64,000 bases of DNA from a bacterium (GCA_965207065.1 OZ242260.1:3872001-3936000); one strand, 5' to 3'. Shown: positions 15,819 to 26,939, numbered from the stretch's first letter. The notes: generated by a model not told the origin, from the sequence alone. Numbers and translations are program-made.

Positions 15819-16079
15819 TCATCCACCATATTCCGACCAGGTCGACGCCGAAACCTCCTGCGCATCCACTCGCCAGGAAATGGAATCCTCACACCCAGGA
15901 CACAAAACGATAAAGCGCCCCTCCGGGTCTTCTTCCATCTCGTCCCTGAACACTTTGAGGCAGTTGCGGCAATGCACCCGGCTGCAGGCGGTACACGCAT
16001 TCGGGTGCGCATGCTGAAATCGCAAACCACATGCGGGGCATTCATGAGTTTCCACATCTTCCCTTTCATCGCCGCGCAA
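15819..16079 (-). CDS. Small Cys-rich hypothetical protein (four CxxC)
   Basis: CPAC, CTAC, CRNC, CPGC in 86 aa. Confidence 0.55.
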   Translation of the reverse strand: MRGDEREDVETHECPACGLRFQHAHPNACTACSRVHCRNCLKVFRDEMEEDPEGRFIVLCPGCEDSISWRVDAQEVSASTWSEYGG

Positions 16080-16177
16080 AACACGTATTCATGGCGGCGT
16101 CTTCGAATCTTTGCTACATTTTCCTGAATCCAAAATCGTCAAATTACTCGCACTTCTACGGAAAGGATGAATATACC

Positions 16178-16951
16178 ATGATAATCGACACGGACCGCCT
16201 GGATGATTACGAGATTCTCGACTTGAGCCACCCCTGGGGGCATGGCGCCCCGCTCTGGCCCTACTTTCCCGATGTCAAGATCGAAAGGTTTCACTATCAC
16301 GCCAAAAGCCAGGTGCTGAGCCAGCAAATCACCACGTTCATGCACTGCACGACCCACACCGACGCGCCCGCACACGTCATCGAGGGCACGCCTTTCATGG
16401 ATGAGGTACCGCTGCAAAGCTATTTCGGCAACGCCGTGTGCGTCGATATTCCAAAAGAGGAATGGGAAGTCATAACGCCCGAGGACCTCGAGAACGCAAG
16501 GCCGGAGATTCGCCCGGGCGACATCGTTATCGTTCATACCGGATGGCACCGATATTACGGCGACAACACCAAATACTTCATCTACTCCCCCGGTCTGTAC
16601 AAGGAGGCGGGCGAGTGGTTCGTGGAGCGCGGCGTCAAGGGCGTGGGCGTGGACCAGCAGGCGCTCGACCATCCGCTTGGGACGAAAATCGCCTGGGGGC
16701 CCCAGCCCATCTGTCCGTTTACTATCGAGGAATACGAGCAACGCTTCGACCGCCCCACGAGTGAGGCTTTCCCCGATTGGGAGCCTTGCCACCGCGCGCT
16801 TCTGGGGAATGGAATCGTCGGCTTCGAGAACGTGGGGGGAGACATCGACAAGGTCGTGGGCAAACGATTCGCGCTCGCGGCATTTCCCTGGCGGTGGACG
16901 GGCGGTGACGGCTGTATCGTAAGGATGGTGGCGTTTTTGCCGAAAAACTAA
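16178..16951 (+). CDS. Cyclase family (kynurenine formamidase-like) metal hydrolase
   Basis: HCTTHTDAPAH metal motif, GDIVIVHTGW, GVGVD, ENVG; ATG 16178 after AAGGA. Confidence 0.9.
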   Translation: MIIDTDRLDDYEILDLSHPWGHGAPLWPYFPDVKIERFHYHAKSQVLSQQITTFMHCTTHTDAPAHVIEGTPFMDEVPLQSYFGNAVCVDIPKEEWEVITPEDLENARPEIRPGDIVIVHTGWHRYYGDNTKYFIYSPGLYKEAGEWFVERGVKGVGVDQQALDHPLGTKIAWGPQPICPFTIEEYEQRFDRPTSEAFPDWEPCHRALLGNGIVGFENVGGDIDKVVGKRFALAAFPWRWTGGDGCIVRMVAFLPKN

Positions 16952-17280
16952 CCGGCAGCTACCGGTTCTGGTTTTTTCTTGCTGGTCTGCTTCGGGGTTG
17001 AGCCGTTCGAGGCCGCCGTTTCTTTCTTCTCGGTGGATTTATTCTCTGATTTCGAATCGGAAGCGGTGCTCTGAGACTCGGTCTCCGGCTTTTTACCGTT
17101 CGAGGCGTAATCCGTCACATACCAGCCATCGCCTTTGAGGTGGAAGGCGGAGCGGGAGATTTTGCGTCTGAGTCTGAGCGCACCGCAACTCGGGCATTTC
17201 CGGAGAGCGCCGGCTCCCATTTTCTGAATGACTTCGTGATCATCTCCACATGCGCTGCATTCATATTCGTAAATCGGCAC
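16948..17280 (-). CDS. FmdB-family zinc ribbon protein
   Basis: PIYEYECSACG..CPSCG..AFHLKGDGWYVTDY. Confidence 0.9.
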   Translation of the reverse strand: MPIYEYECSACGDDHEVIQKMGAGALRKCPSCGALRLRRKISRSAFHLKGDGWYVTDYASNGKKPETESQSTASDSKSENKSTEKKETAASNGSTPKQTSKKKPEPVAAG

Positions 17281-17299
17281 TTCCCGTTTCTCCTCGTCG

Positions 17300-18214
17300 T
17301 TAAATGAAGGTAAGCCAGTCGAGCTTGCTCTCGTCTCGCCCGTTCACAATTTCGAAAAATGTGGATTGAATCCTCTTCGTCACCGGGCCGGGCTCTCCCG
17401 CGCCGATAATCCTGCCGTCCACCTCCCGGATGGGAGTCACCTCCGCCGCCGTTCCCGTGAAGAAAGCCTCATCCGCCACATAGACTTCATCGCGTGCGAA
17501 GGGAGCGACCTGCAGTTCCACGCCCTGCTCATCGGCGAGTTGAACGACTGTGTCGCGCGTAATCCCTCCCAGCACGCCATGCAGCGGCGGCGTCTTGAGG
17601 ACGCCGTCCCGAACGATGAAGATGTTCTCGCCCGAACCCTGCGTCACCAGACCTTCGGGGTCCAGCATGAGGGCTTCATCGTAGCCCGCGCCAACGGCTT
17701 CCAGCTTCGCCATCTGGCTAACGGCGTAGTTGCCCGTGGTTTTCGCCTTTGTCATATAACTGTTCGGATGATGGGACGTAAAGGATGAGACCTTGACCCG
17801 AATGCCTTTCGCCAAACCCTCCTCACCCAGATAGGCGCCCCAACTCCACACTGCCACCATCGCATGGGTGGGCGACCCCTTGGGGTTCACTCCCATGGAC
17901 CCGTAACCGAGCCAGATGAGCGGGCGTATGTAGCAAGCCTTCATATCGTTGGTGCGAATCGTCTCCAGAACCGCCTCGGTGAAATCATCCTGCGTGACGG
18001 GCGCGTCAAGACCCACAATCTGCGCGGAATCATAGAGCCTCCGCATGTGTTCCTCGAAGCGGAAAATAGCGGAGCCGCGCTCGGTCTGATAGCAGCGAAT
18101 CCCCTCAAATACCCCCAATCCGTAGTGCAGCGAATGCGTGAGGACATGAATTTTGGCTTCATCCCAAGGGACGAATTCTCCGTCCATCCAAATTTTGTCT
18201 GTTGCGCCTTCCAA
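17300..18214 (-). CDS. ilvE: Branched-chain amino acid aminotransferase
   Basis: LHYGLGVFEGIR, AKTTGNY, GSGENIF, FFTGTAAEVTP; TTG start after GGAGG. Confidence 0.95.
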   Translation of the reverse strand: MEGATDKIWMDGEFVPWDEAKIHVLTHSLHYGLGVFEGIRCYQTERGSAIFRFEEHMRRLYDSAQIVGLDAPVTQDDFTEAVLETIRTNDMKACYIRPLIWLGYGSMGVNPKGSPTHAMVAVWSWGAYLGEEGLAKGIRVKVSSFTSHHPNSYMTKAKTTGNYAVSQMAKLEAVGAGYDEALMLDPEGLVTQGSGENIFIVRDGVLKTPPLHGVLGGITRDTVVQLADEQGVELQVAPFARDEVYVADEAFFTGTAAEVTPIREVDGRIIGAGEPGPVTKRIQSTFFEIVNGRDESKLDWLTFI

Positions 18215-18342
18215 AAAAACATCCTCCAGCACTGTGGGATTGTGAGACCCGGAGTTTTGAACAACCGCGCAAGTATAGTGATTTGACACGGATCGGCGCA
18301 AGCCTCCGAGACAAATAAATCATGCGCCATTTCAGGTCATAA

Positions 18343-19332
18343 TCAGTCTTCATAGACCTCGGGATTGAGCAACGTCACGGGATTCACCCGCTCTCCTCTC
18401 ATGACAGCCAGCACGTTCTCGCCGGCCAGCCGGTTCACCCGTTCGCGCGCCTCATGGCTCGCGCCGGCGAAGTGCGGCGTCACCACGGCGTTCGCTAAAG
18501 CGAAAAGCGGATTGTCCGGGTTCGGGGGTTCTTCCTCGAAGACATCAATGCCGGCCGAGCAGATTTCCCCTTCCCTCAACGCGTGCACCAATGCCGCCTC
18601 GTCGATAATCGCGCCGCGCGCGCAGTTCACGAGCACAGCCGATTTTTTCATCAGCCGAAACCTTGGGGCATCGAACATGTGGCGCGTCTCAGGCGTCAGG
18701 CTGCAATGTATCGAAATGAAATCCGATTCGCTCGTCAACCTGTCCAGATCCACGGGTTCCACACCCGCATCACGTATCGCCTCATCGCGCACAAACGCGT
18801 CATACGCCAGAATGCGGCCCTGAAAGCCGGACAGTAGCCGGACCAGTTCCCGCCCGATGTTCCCGAAGCCGACGATGCCGAACGTCGCCCCGCTCATTTC
18901 GTTGGAGATCCAGATTCCCTCGCGCCAGCCTCCTTCACGCAGCTTTTCCATCCCCTGGGGAATCCGTCGGCTCGCGGCCAGCATCAGGCCCAGAGCCGCT
19001 TCCGCCACGGCGACGGCATTCGCGCCGGGGCAGTTCGTGACAGGAATTTTTCGCTTTGTCGCCGCAGGGATATCGATGTTCTCCACGCCCACGCCGATCT
19101 TGGCGATGAGCTTCAGGCGCGTACCCGCTTCGATCACCCGCTCCGTGATTTGCTCTCTCGACGTTACCAGCAGGGCGTCCCATTCATGAGCATCGCGCAC
19201 CAATTCGCCTTCCGTCCACTTCCGGTGGCCGCCGTCACGAAACTCGCCATGCGGCTCCAGCATGTTTCGCAGTGACTCGATGGGCGCGCGCGTCTCGGGC
19301 ACGAAAAAAACGACGTTCTGGTTCAAATGCAC
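18343..19332 (-). CDS. D-isomer specific 2-hydroxyacid dehydrogenase
   Basis: GIVGFGNIG, LVNCARG, DVFEEEP, TPHFAG. Confidence 0.9.
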   Translation of the reverse strand: MHLNQNVVFFVPETRAPIESLRNMLEPHGEFRDGGHRKWTEGELVRDAHEWDALLVTSREQITERVIEAGTRLKLIAKIGVGVENIDIPAATKRKIPVTNCPGANAVAVAEAALGLMLAASRRIPQGMEKLREGGWREGIWISNEMSGATFGIVGFGNIGRELVRLLSGFQGRILAYDAFVRDEAIRDAGVEPVDLDRLTSESDFISIHCSLTPETRHMFDAPRFRLMKKSAVLVNCARGAIIDEAALVHALREGEICSAGIDVFEEEPPNPDNPLFALANAVVTPHFAGASHEARERVNRLAGENVLAVMRGERVNPVTLLNPEVYED

Positions 19333-19362
19333 ACCTCCGTTCAGGCACCGCGCGTCAAACTG

Positions 19363-20172
19363 CTAGGTGCCGACAATCAATGTTGATGTTCGATCTCTGA
19401 GGAAGGAAAAAGTCGAGAGATACGTCAATATGCCCGTTCGATAATTTACAGACGGTACGTTTTCAATACGGATAAAAGAACGCCCGAATTCCCCCACCGC
19501 TTCGACCTCGTGGATGTTCCGATTGGCAGTGGGGTCACACACAATCCGCAGTTTCGTCCTGCGCGGCCCAATTCCCGCGAAGCTTACGGCGGCGGATACG
19601 TTCACGTTGGCCGGAAACGCCTTGCACGCTTCCAGGGGGTTCCCCTCAAAAATCACCGTCGGTTCAACGATGGCGTCGAGGTCAATCCCCTGCTCTTCAA
19701 TATAGGGAGCGCCTTTGAGGCTCTCGGGCGGTTTTCGCGTCGTCATGGTGACGGATTCCATCCTGCCGGCGGAAGCCCCCTTGAGACCGTCCAATCCGAT
19801 GATGGCGCCAGAGGGAACAAAAATACGGGAACCTCCCCGCTTCGCCTCTTCGATCAAATCATCGCGCTCGAGAAGCGCGCCCACGGAGTTAATGATTACG
19901 TCTTTCCCTCGCGTGAAACTCTCATGGCAAATCGCCTCTACGGTGTCTCCGCCCGAGGCTTCCATGACGACGTCCGCCTCTTGCGCCACGCCCGTGAGGT
20001 TCGTTATACGCGGCGGACTATTAAGACTCGCCAGAAAATCTTCCACTTTTTCGAGCGTCCGAGTTGCGGCAACAGGTATATCGACGGGTATCTTTCCTTC
20101 ATCCACCGCCTTCACCACGGCCTGGCCTATGACGCCCAGACCCACGACCCCGAGTTTCATCACGTGCTCCAT
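19363..20172 (-). CDS. nadX: L-aspartate dehydrogenase family protein
   Basis: GVVGLGVIG, SVGAL, PSGAIIGLD, TRKPP, FPANVNVSAA, NIHEV. Confidence 0.85.
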   Translation of the reverse strand: MEHVMKLGVVGLGVIGQAVVKAVDEGKIPVDIPVAATRTLEKVEDFLASLNSPPRITNLTGVAQEADVVMEASGGDTVEAICHESFTRGKDVIINSVGALLERDDLIEEAKRGGSRIFVPSGAIIGLDGLKGASAGRMESVTMTTRKPPESLKGAPYIEEQGIDLDAIVEPTVIFEGNPLEACKAFPANVNVSAAVSFAGIGPRRTKLRIVCDPTANRNIHEVEAVGEFGRSFIRIENVPSVNYRTGILTYLSTFSFLRDRTSTLIVGT

Positions 20173-20303
20173 TAGGTTACGGTAGTTATTTCAATAATTT
20201 TACTCCATATACCTCAATCAATACTACAAGGGTTATCAACTCGTTTCATGACGTTATTGTATTCAAACAAACTACAAAATTTACGATGGTTTTCCAAAGG
20301 CGT

Positions 20304-21386
20304 TCAATCAGACTCGCCGATGCGGCTCCCCAAGCCGAGACGCCAATGATCCGCCAAAACGAGCGCCATCATCGCCTCGCCGATGGGCACCGCCCGTGTC
20401 GCCACACAGGGGTCGTGCCGCCCCTCCACTTTCACGGTCGTTTTCTCACCCGACGCCGTCACCGTGTCTTGCTCAATCAATATGGAGGAAGTGGGCTTTA
20501 CCGCGAAGCGAACCACCACGGGCGCGCCCGAGGATATGCCGCCCAGAATTCCGCCCGCATTGTTCGTCCTTACACTCGTTTCACCGTTTTTCATCTCGAA
20601 TGGATCGTTGTTCTCGGAACCCCGCATCCCGGCGGCCCGGAAACCGGAGCCGATTTCCACTCCCTTCACCGCGTTGATGCTCATCATCGCCGCTGCCAGA
20701 TCGGAATCGAGGCGCCCATAGAGCGGCTCGCCCCAGCCAGGAGGAACCCCATCGGCCTGAACCGTGATGGCCCCGCCTACCGAATCGCCCGCCTTTCGGG
20801 CCTCGAGGATGGCCGCCTCCATCCGGGACGCCGTTTCCGCGTCCGGGCAACGAACGATGTTCCGCTCTATCTCGTCTGCGTCGAAATGAGCACCATCCCA
20901 GCGAACATCTCCCACCTGATCGACGTAACCCAAAATCGATACGCCGAGATGAACGAGGAGTTTCTTGGCTATTGCTCCCGCGGCGACGCGAGCTGCCGTT
21001 TCCCGCGCGCTGGAACGCCCACCGCCTCGATGGTCACGAATTCCCCATTTCTTGATGTAGGTGAAATCCGCGTGTCCCGGGCGAAACAGGTTGCGCAAGG
21101 GTTCATATTTGCTCGAATCGGCGTCTTTGTTCCGGATGAGTATCGAGATGGGATGCCCGGTCGTCCGGCCCTCGAAAACGCCGGATAATATCTCCGCCCG
21201 GTCCTCTTCTTTCCGCTGAGTCGTCACCCGGCTCTGGCCCGGCCGCCTGCGATCCAAATCTCGCTGGAGGTCGGATTCAACCAGCGGCAGGCCCGCCGGA
21301 CAGCCATCCACTACGACGCCCAAAGCGGGACCGTGGGACTCTCCCCAGGTAGTAAAACGAAACAAACGGCCAAACGTGTTCGACAC
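20304..21386 (-). CDS. aroC: Chorismate synthase
   Basis: [28 protein letters not shown]. Confidence 0.97.
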   Translation of the reverse strand: MSNTFGRLFRFTTWGESHGPALGVVVDGCPAGLPLVESDLQRDLDRRRPGQSRVTTQRKEEDRAEILSGVFEGRTTGHPISILIRNKDADSSKYEPLRNLFRPGHADFTYIKKWGIRDHRGGGRSSARETAARVAAGAIAKKLLVHLGVSILGYVDQVGDVRWDGAHFDADEIERNIVRCPDAETASRMEAAILEARKAGDSVGGAITVQADGVPPGWGEPLYGRLDSDLAAAMMSINAVKGVEIGSGFRAAGMRGSENNDPFEMKNGETSVRTNNAGGILGGISSGAPVVVRFAVKPTSSILIEQDTVTASGEKTTVKVEGRHDPCVATRAVPIGEAMMALVLADHWRLGLGSRIGESD

Positions 21387-21397
21387 GATTTCCCTCT

Positions 21398-21937
21398 CTA
21401 GCTTCCAGGCTTTGTCAACTCCGCGCGTATTTCAGGCAGAACCGCCGCGACGACCTGTTCTGGCGCGCGCGTGTTCTCAACGCCTAACTTCGCGAGTTCT
21501 TCATAGCGCGGAACGCGCTTTTTGAAAAGCAGACGCAACGCTTCTTCCGGATCCGCTTCGTTTTCGAGATAGGCGGGCCAGCCATCGGCGCGCACCCTCT
21601 CGATGATTGCATTCTCCGGCACCTGGAGATAAACCACGCAATGGGGAGCAAGCAGAGAATCTACGCCCGGCGTCATCGGCGTTCCGCCGCCGAGAGCAAT
21701 AACGAGGTCTTCCCGGCCCAATTGCTCACGCAGCAAGTGATTTTCCAATGCGCGGAAGGATTCTTCGCCTCTTGATCTAAAAACCTCACGAAATCCCAGC
21801 CGTTCTCCCGTCTCCTCGAAATGTCTTTGTTCGATCAAATGGTCGAGATCGTGAAAAGAGAACCCCAATTTATCAGCCAGCAAAGGACCGATGGTCGATT
21901 TACCGCATCCCTTGAAACCGATGAGCACGATGCTCAA
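21398..21937 (-). CDS. aroK: Shikimate kinase
   Basis: [24 protein letters not shown]. Confidence 0.9.
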   Translation of the reverse strand: MSIVLIGFKGCGKSTIGPLLADKLGFSFHDLDHLIEQRHFEETGERLGFREVFRSRGEESFRALENHLLREQLGREDLVIALGGGTPMTPGVDSLLAPHCVVYLQVPENAIIERVRADGWPAYLENEADPEEALRLLFKKRVPRYEELAKLGVENTRAPEQVVAAVLPEIRAELTKPGS

Positions 21938-22923
21938 GAGGAACCCTCCATACGCGATTCCAGTCCCAGATAGCGGGATACCTTATCATGTGTCTTTTCC
22001 AATATAACCCCGGGCTCCTGTTCCCCGGGATCATACCAGTTCACGCCCTTCAGCCTGCGAAACCAGGTGCGCTGCCGTTTCGCGTAGTTGCGGTGCAGCC
22101 TGGATATTGCATGAACCGCCTCATCCTCTTCCATCTCTCTCCTTCGCAATGCGAGGGCCTCCTGGAATCCAAGACCCTCGAACACCCGGGCGTCGGTGAG
22201 ATTATTCTCGGCCAGCATCGCCACCTCCTCCAGCATTCCATCAGAGAGCATCCGCCGCACCCTAAACTCTATCCGCTCAGCGAGCACGGAAGAGGGGTAC
22301 CTGAGACCAATATACAACGGAGAGGCGAACCTGGGCGCTTTTTGTTCGGCGCGCAACCGTGAAACCGGCCGCCCCGTCGCTTGATATACCTCCAAGGCGC
22401 GAACCACCCTCCGCAGGTCGTTGGGATGAAGTTTCGCGGCCGTCTCCGGGTCGACGGCGGCGAGGCGCTCGTGCATGGCCGCACAGCCCCGCCTTGAAGC
22501 CTCCGCCTCCAATCGTTCCCTGATTTCCGGCTGCGCTTCCGGTCCGTCGAAAAATCCCTCCACCAATGCACGAATATACAAACCGCTCCCCCCTACCACG
22601 AGCGGGTATGCGCCTCTGCGGTAAATATCCTCGATGCAAACACTCGCCTCATCCGCATAGCGGGCAGCGCTAAAAGTCTCCCCAAGTTCCGCAACATCCA
22701 ACATATGATGCGGCACACCGCCGCGCTCTTCCATGCCAGGCTTGGCGGTTCCCACGCCGATTCCCCGATAAATCTGCCTGGCGTCGGCGCCGACTATCTC
22801 CAGTGACACTCCCTCCTCCCGGAAGCGCCTGGCCAGCTCTACGCCGAAAGCTGTTTTGCCCGAACACGTGGTTCCCACGACGAGGATGATGGGGCGAGGA
22901 TTTTCTGATGGATAGCGATTCAT
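21934..22923 (-). CDS. miaA: tRNA dimethylallyltransferase
   Basis: GTTCSGKT, DARQIYRG..GTAKP, VGGSGLY, YAKRQRTWF. Confidence 0.95.
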   Translation of the reverse strand: MNRYPSENPRPIILVVGTTCSGKTAFGVELARRFREEGVSLEIVGADARQIYRGIGVGTAKPGMEERGGVPHHMLDVAELGETFSAARYADEASVCIEDIYRRGAYPLVVGGSGLYIRALVEGFFDGPEAQPEIRERLEAEASRRGCAAMHERLAAVDPETAAKLHPNDLRRVVRALEVYQATGRPVSRLRAEQKAPRFASPLYIGLRYPSSVLAERIEFRVRRMLSDGMLEEVAMLAENNLTDARVFEGLGFQEALALRRREMEEDEAVHAISRLHRNYAKRQRTWFRRLKGVNWYDPGEQEPGVILEKTHDKVSRYLGLESRMEGSS

Positions 22924-23039
22924 GGGTCGGGAGCTTCAGGCGAAGATGAGTTTCTTCGCCAAGAGATTATATAGCCTTGGCAGCATCTCATATCCACATC
23001 GGGCATGAGAGCGGGCAAATGGGTCGCCTCACTTCAATT

Positions 23040-23567
23040 TCAAAGCGCTTCGAGCGCTTCCTGGAACGCGGCCAAGTCGGCATCCGAGAACAGTACGAAC
23101 TCTATCCGGGTAAGCTTACTCGCCGAAGTTTGCAAGTGCGCCATGCAGGCCTCGAGCATACGGGAGGCGACCAACTTCACATCCAGGCCCCCGACGCCCG
23201 TGCCGATGGCGGGGAATGCGATGCTGCCCAGGGAATTCTCCTCGGCCACCTCAAGGCTCGCCCAGGTGCAGGCTTCCACGATTTCGGGCGATGTTTTAAG
23301 GTCCGTCCCCATGCCCGCCGCATGAATCACGTGCCGGGCGGGAAGTTCGCCGGCATCCGTGATTACAGCATCCCCGACCCGAACCGGCCCTTTGGACACG
23401 GCTTCAGCCTCAATCGCCTGCCCGCCCTTTCTCTTGATGGCGCCCGCAACGCCCGCGCCCATTCGGAGATGGTTGTTGGCCGCGTTCACGATGGCGTCCA
23501 CATCGGATTCGGTGATGTCGCCCTGCCGAAGAACCACGCATCCACGACCGACGAACTTTTCATTCAT
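23040..23567 (-). CDS. Macro domain protein (ADP-ribose hydrolase-like)
   Basis: GDIT..DAIVNAAN..GAGVAGAI, SIAFPAIGTG. Confidence 0.92.
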   Translation of the reverse strand: MNEKFVGRGCVVLRQGDITESDVDAIVNAANNHLRMGAGVAGAIKRKGGQAIEAEAVSKGPVRVGDAVITDAGELPARHVIHAAGMGTDLKTSPEIVEACTWASLEVAEENSLGSIAFPAIGTGVGGLDVKLVASRMLEACMAHLQTSASKLTRIEFVLFSDADLAAFQEALEAL

Positions 23568-23627
23568 GAGAGAAATTCCGATTAGGCGGGATTGTCCTGT
23601 AGGACGTGCTGCCTGAAAATCGTTTGA

Positions 23628-23987
23628 TCAGAAGAGGGAATCTTCCTCCGCCGAAGCACCACTACCTGAAGACTCGGGCGCTCCCCCGTCATCCCCGAAA
23701 GAATCGGGCTCTAAGTGATCGACCATCTGTCTCAATTCTTTTCCCGCCTTGAAGAACGGCACATTCTTGGGCGGAATCGCCACCGCCTCACCCGTTCTCG
23801 GGTTCCGGCCGTCGCGGCTGTTTCTCGAACGCACGCGGAAACTACCGAATCCACGCAACTCCACCTTGTCGCCTTGCGAGAGGGCGCCCATGATGCTCCC
23901 AAAAACGATGTTCACAACGCGCTCGGTGTCTTTTTTCGTGAGATTGATTTTCTCAGCTATCTGCTCAACCAACTCGGCCTTGGTCAT
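23628..23987 (-). CDS. ihfB: Integration host factor beta / HU family
   Basis: MTKAELV..VELRGFGSF..GRNPRTG..PFFKAGKELR; downstream of rpsA. Confidence 0.88.
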   Translation of the reverse strand: MTKAELVEQIAEKINLTKKDTERVVNIVFGSIMGALSQGDKVELRGFGSFRVRSRNSRDGRNPRTGEAVAIPPKNVPFFKAGKELRQMVDHLEPDSFGDDGGAPESSGSGASAEEDSLF

Positions 23988-24202
23988 GAGAATCATCATC
24001 CTCCCTGGGAGCGCGATGAATACGTCCGCATTTCGGGGAAACCACGTTTCAGTCTTCTATTTTCGGCTTTCCACCCGTGCAAGATCGCATGACCGGTGAA
24101 TCGGCCAAATGCACTTAAACGACGAACCCCCTCAGGCGGCGAGGCGTCTCGCGATCCGATATTCCAAAATTTCATTGGATGGGATTCATGCCATCCACTC
24201 GA

Positions 24203-26089
24203 TTATTCCGTTTGCTCACCCGCCTCGGTAGCAGCCTCCGCAACGGTTTCCACTTCGGGCTCCGTCTCCGCCGCTTCGGGCTCGGCTTCCGCAACGACTT
24301 CCGCCTCGGGCTCGCCCTCTACTTCCTCGGCTACTCCATCTACAGCTTCTTCTGCTACTTCACCCGAGGGCGCACTTTCCTCTTCAGGCGGTTCCACGGG
24401 CTGTGGCGCCCGGCTGACCACCGGGTCCTCACCGGTGGACTCCACATAGGCGCGGATGCTCAAGCCCAGCCTTCTTTGCTCCCGATCGATCTTGATGACG
24501 CGCATTTTGAACACGTCGCCCACGTGCACCACGTCCTGTGGTTCTTTCACCTTATCCGAGTCGAGTTCGGAAATGTGGACCAGCCCCTCCAGGTCTTCCT
24601 CCGGAGCGGCAAATACGCCGAAGTTCGTAATTTTCGTGACTTTCGCCTCGATATCGTCATCCACCGCATAGCGGTCGTTGATGTCGTCCCAGGGGTCCGG
24701 GGTGATTTGCTTCATACCGAGGGAGAGGCGTTCTTTCTCGACGTCCACACTCAGAACAACCGCCTCGATATCCTGTCCCTTGCGCAGGATTTCAGATGGG
24801 TGTTTGAAGCGCTGGGTCCAGGAAATGTCCGAAATGTGGATGAGGCCGTCGATGCCCTCGTCCAAGGCGACGAAAGCGCCGAATTCCGTCAGATTGCGGA
24901 TGCTGCCCGTCACGCGCATCCCCACGGGGTATTTCTCCTCCACCGTGGTCCACGGGTTGGCCTCGACCTGCTTCATGCCCAGCGAGATTCTGCGGCCTTC
25001 CTTGTCGAGGTTCAAAACGACGGCTTCCACTATATCGCCCACCGCCACGAATTTCGAAGGATGGCGAACGCGCCTCGTCCAGGACATCTCCGACACATGC
25101 ACCAAGCCCTCGACGCCCTGTTCGAGTTCGACGAAAGCGCCGTAGTCGGTGATGGAGACGACGCGTCCGCGAACCTTGCCGGTCATGGGATATTTGATTT
25201 CCACGTGTTCCCAGGGGTCAGGCGTGATCTGCTTGTGACCCAGGGAGACGCGCTCGCGCTCCTTGTCGTATTTGAGCACGATGACCTTGACGCTGTCCCC
25301 GATGGAGAGGAGTTCACTCGGATGGCTCACCCGTCCCCAGGACATGTCCGTGATATGGAGCAGACCGTCGATACCGCCGAGGTCGATGAACGCCCCGTAG
25401 TCGGTAATGTTCTTGACGACGCCGACCTTTTCCATGCCCTCCGTGAGGTTTGCGAGCGTCTCGCGCTTGAGTTCCGCTCTCTCATCCTCTAGCAGCACGC
25501 GCCTGGAAAGTACGATGTTCCCACGCTTTCTGTTGAGCTTTATGATCTTCATGTCAAAGGATTTGCCAATAAACTGATCGAGGTTCCTCACCGGCCTCAG
25601 ATCGACCTGGGAACCCGGCAAAAAGGCCTTGAGGCCGATGTCGACCGTAAGCCCACCCTTGATACGGGCGACCACCTCGCCCTGGATAATCTCGTCGTTG
25701 TCATGGGCTTTGCTGATCTCGTCCCAAATCTTGATGCGGTTGGCTTTCTCCTTCGAGAGCACGATGAGGCCATCGTCATCCTCACGCTCTTCGACAAAAA
25801 CCTCTACACTGTCGCCAGGCTTGAGATCCCGCCCGCGGCTCGGAAATTCAAATCGAGGCACAAAACCCTCTGATTTATAACCCACATCAACCAGCACATA
25901 GTCGCCTTCCATCCCCACAACCGTTCCTTCGATGATTTCGCCATCCTTCACCTGCATCGTGGAGGCGTATAAATCATCCATCTGCTCAGGGGAAAGGGTG
26001 TCGGGATCTACTTCGTCGGGTAGTAATTCGGCCACCTTCGATGAGAAGGCGGGAAGAGCCTCTGTTTCGTTAGAGGGAGTTTCCGTCAT
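24203..26089 (-). CDS. rpsA: 30S ribosomal protein S1
   Basis: Six S1 repeats (AFLPGSQVD, DYGAFIDLGGIDGLLHITDMSW etc.); acidic C-terminal tail. Confidence 0.97.
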   Translation of the reverse strand: MTETPSNETEALPAFSSKVAELLPDEVDPDTLSPEQMDDLYASTMQVKDGEIIEGTVVGMEGDYVLVDVGYKSEGFVPRFEFPSRGRDLKPGDSVEVFVEEREDDDGLIVLSKEKANRIKIWDEISKAHDNDEIIQGEVVARIKGGLTVDIGLKAFLPGSQVDLRPVRNLDQFIGKSFDMKIIKLNRKRGNIVLSRRVLLEDERAELKRETLANLTEGMEKVGVVKNITDYGAFIDLGGIDGLLHITDMSWGRVSHPSELLSIGDSVKVIVLKYDKERERVSLGHKQITPDPWEHVEIKYPMTGKVRGRVVSITDYGAFVELEQGVEGLVHVSEMSWTRRVRHPSKFVAVGDIVEAVVLNLDKEGRRISLGMKQVEANPWTTVEEKYPVGMRVTGSIRNLTEFGAFVALDEGIDGLIHISDISWTQRFKHPSEILRKGQDIEAVVLSVDVEKERLSLGMKQITPDPWDDINDRYAVDDDIEAKVTKITNFGVFAAPEEDLEGLVHISELDSDKVKEPQDVVHVGDVFKMRVIKIDREQRRLGLSIRAYVESTGEDPVVSRAPQPVEPPEEESAPSGEVAEEAVDGVAEEVEGEPEAEVVAEAEPEAAETEPEVETVAEAATEAGEQTE

Positions 26090-26225
26090 CTGATTGCGTT
26101 ACCCCGTTTTGAGAAAAAGAAAATTGCCGCCACCGCTAAAGCGACCACCGCTATTGCAGACATCGGCATGAAATTGGCACAAGTAAATATATTACACCTG
26201 AGAAAGGAGAGAATCAACCAATAAC

Positions 26226-26939
26226 TCAAGCATCCTCAATGACTTCCCCGTACACCAGGCGGAGTTTCTCTAACATGGCCTCAAGCACCTGGTCAACGCC
26301 CATGTTGTTCGTTTTAATCTCCACAGCGTCCTCGGCTTTTCTCAGCGGCGCGCTGGATCTGTGGCGATCTCTCTCGTCCCTGCGCTTCAAGTCTTCGCGC
26401 AGACGATCGGTGTCAAACGATACTCCCCTCGCCTTGAGTTCGGCGAAACGCCGCTGGATCCGCACTTCGATGTCCGCGTCGAGAAAAAATTTGAGTCTGG
26501 CTTCCGGGAAGACGACCGTGCCGATGTCGCGCCCATCGATGACGGCCCCGCGCTTGCGCCCGAAATTCCTTTGAAAATCGAGCAGCGCCGCCCTCACTCC
26601 CGGTATCGCCGACACGCGCGACGCCATATCGCTTATCTCTTCGTCCCGCAGCGCGTCCGTAACGTCTTCCCCGTCCAGAATATTCCTCCAGACGCTCCCC
26701 TCTTTGCGGCACTCAAAGCGCAAATCCCGCGCTGAGTCGACCGCCCGGTTCTCGAAATCACCCTCTTGATTTTCCTTCAAAACCCGATAACCCACCGCCC
26801 GGTAAAGCGCGCCGCTTTCGAGATAGTCGAAATCCAACCTCTCAGCGATCCTTTTGGCCGCCGTGCTCTTGCCCGAACCTGCGGGACCATCGATGGGAAT
26901 GACGATGCCGGCAGATTTGCGGCTCGATTTCTCCTTCAA
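26226..26939 (-). CDS. cmk: Cytidylate kinase
   Basis: IDGPAGSGKST, SGALYRA, DGRDIGTVVFP; TTG start overlapping the tyrA stop. Confidence 0.93.
   Translation of the reverse strand: MKEKSSRKSAGIVIPIDGPAGSGKSTAAKRIAERLDFDYLESGALYRAVGYRVLKENQEGDFENRAVDSARDLRFECRKEGSVWRNILDGEDVTDALRDEEISDMASRVSAIPGVRAALLDFQRNFGRKRGAVIDGRDIGTVVFPEARLKFFLDADIEVRIQRRFAELKARGVSFDTDRLREDLKRRDERDRHRSSAPLRKAEDAVEIKTNNMGVDQVLEAMLEKLRLVYGEVIEDA

Noticed and set aside
24203-24420. Repetitive GCC/TCG-rich tract
   Set aside because: Encodes the low-complexity Glu/Ala/Pro tail of ribosomal protein S1; not an independent repeat element.
24179-25492. Long plus-strand ORF (437 aa) opposite rpsA, and similar ones opposite trpE, uvrA and icd
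   Set aside because: Antisense shadow ORFs expected from GC-rich codon bias in well-supported genes.
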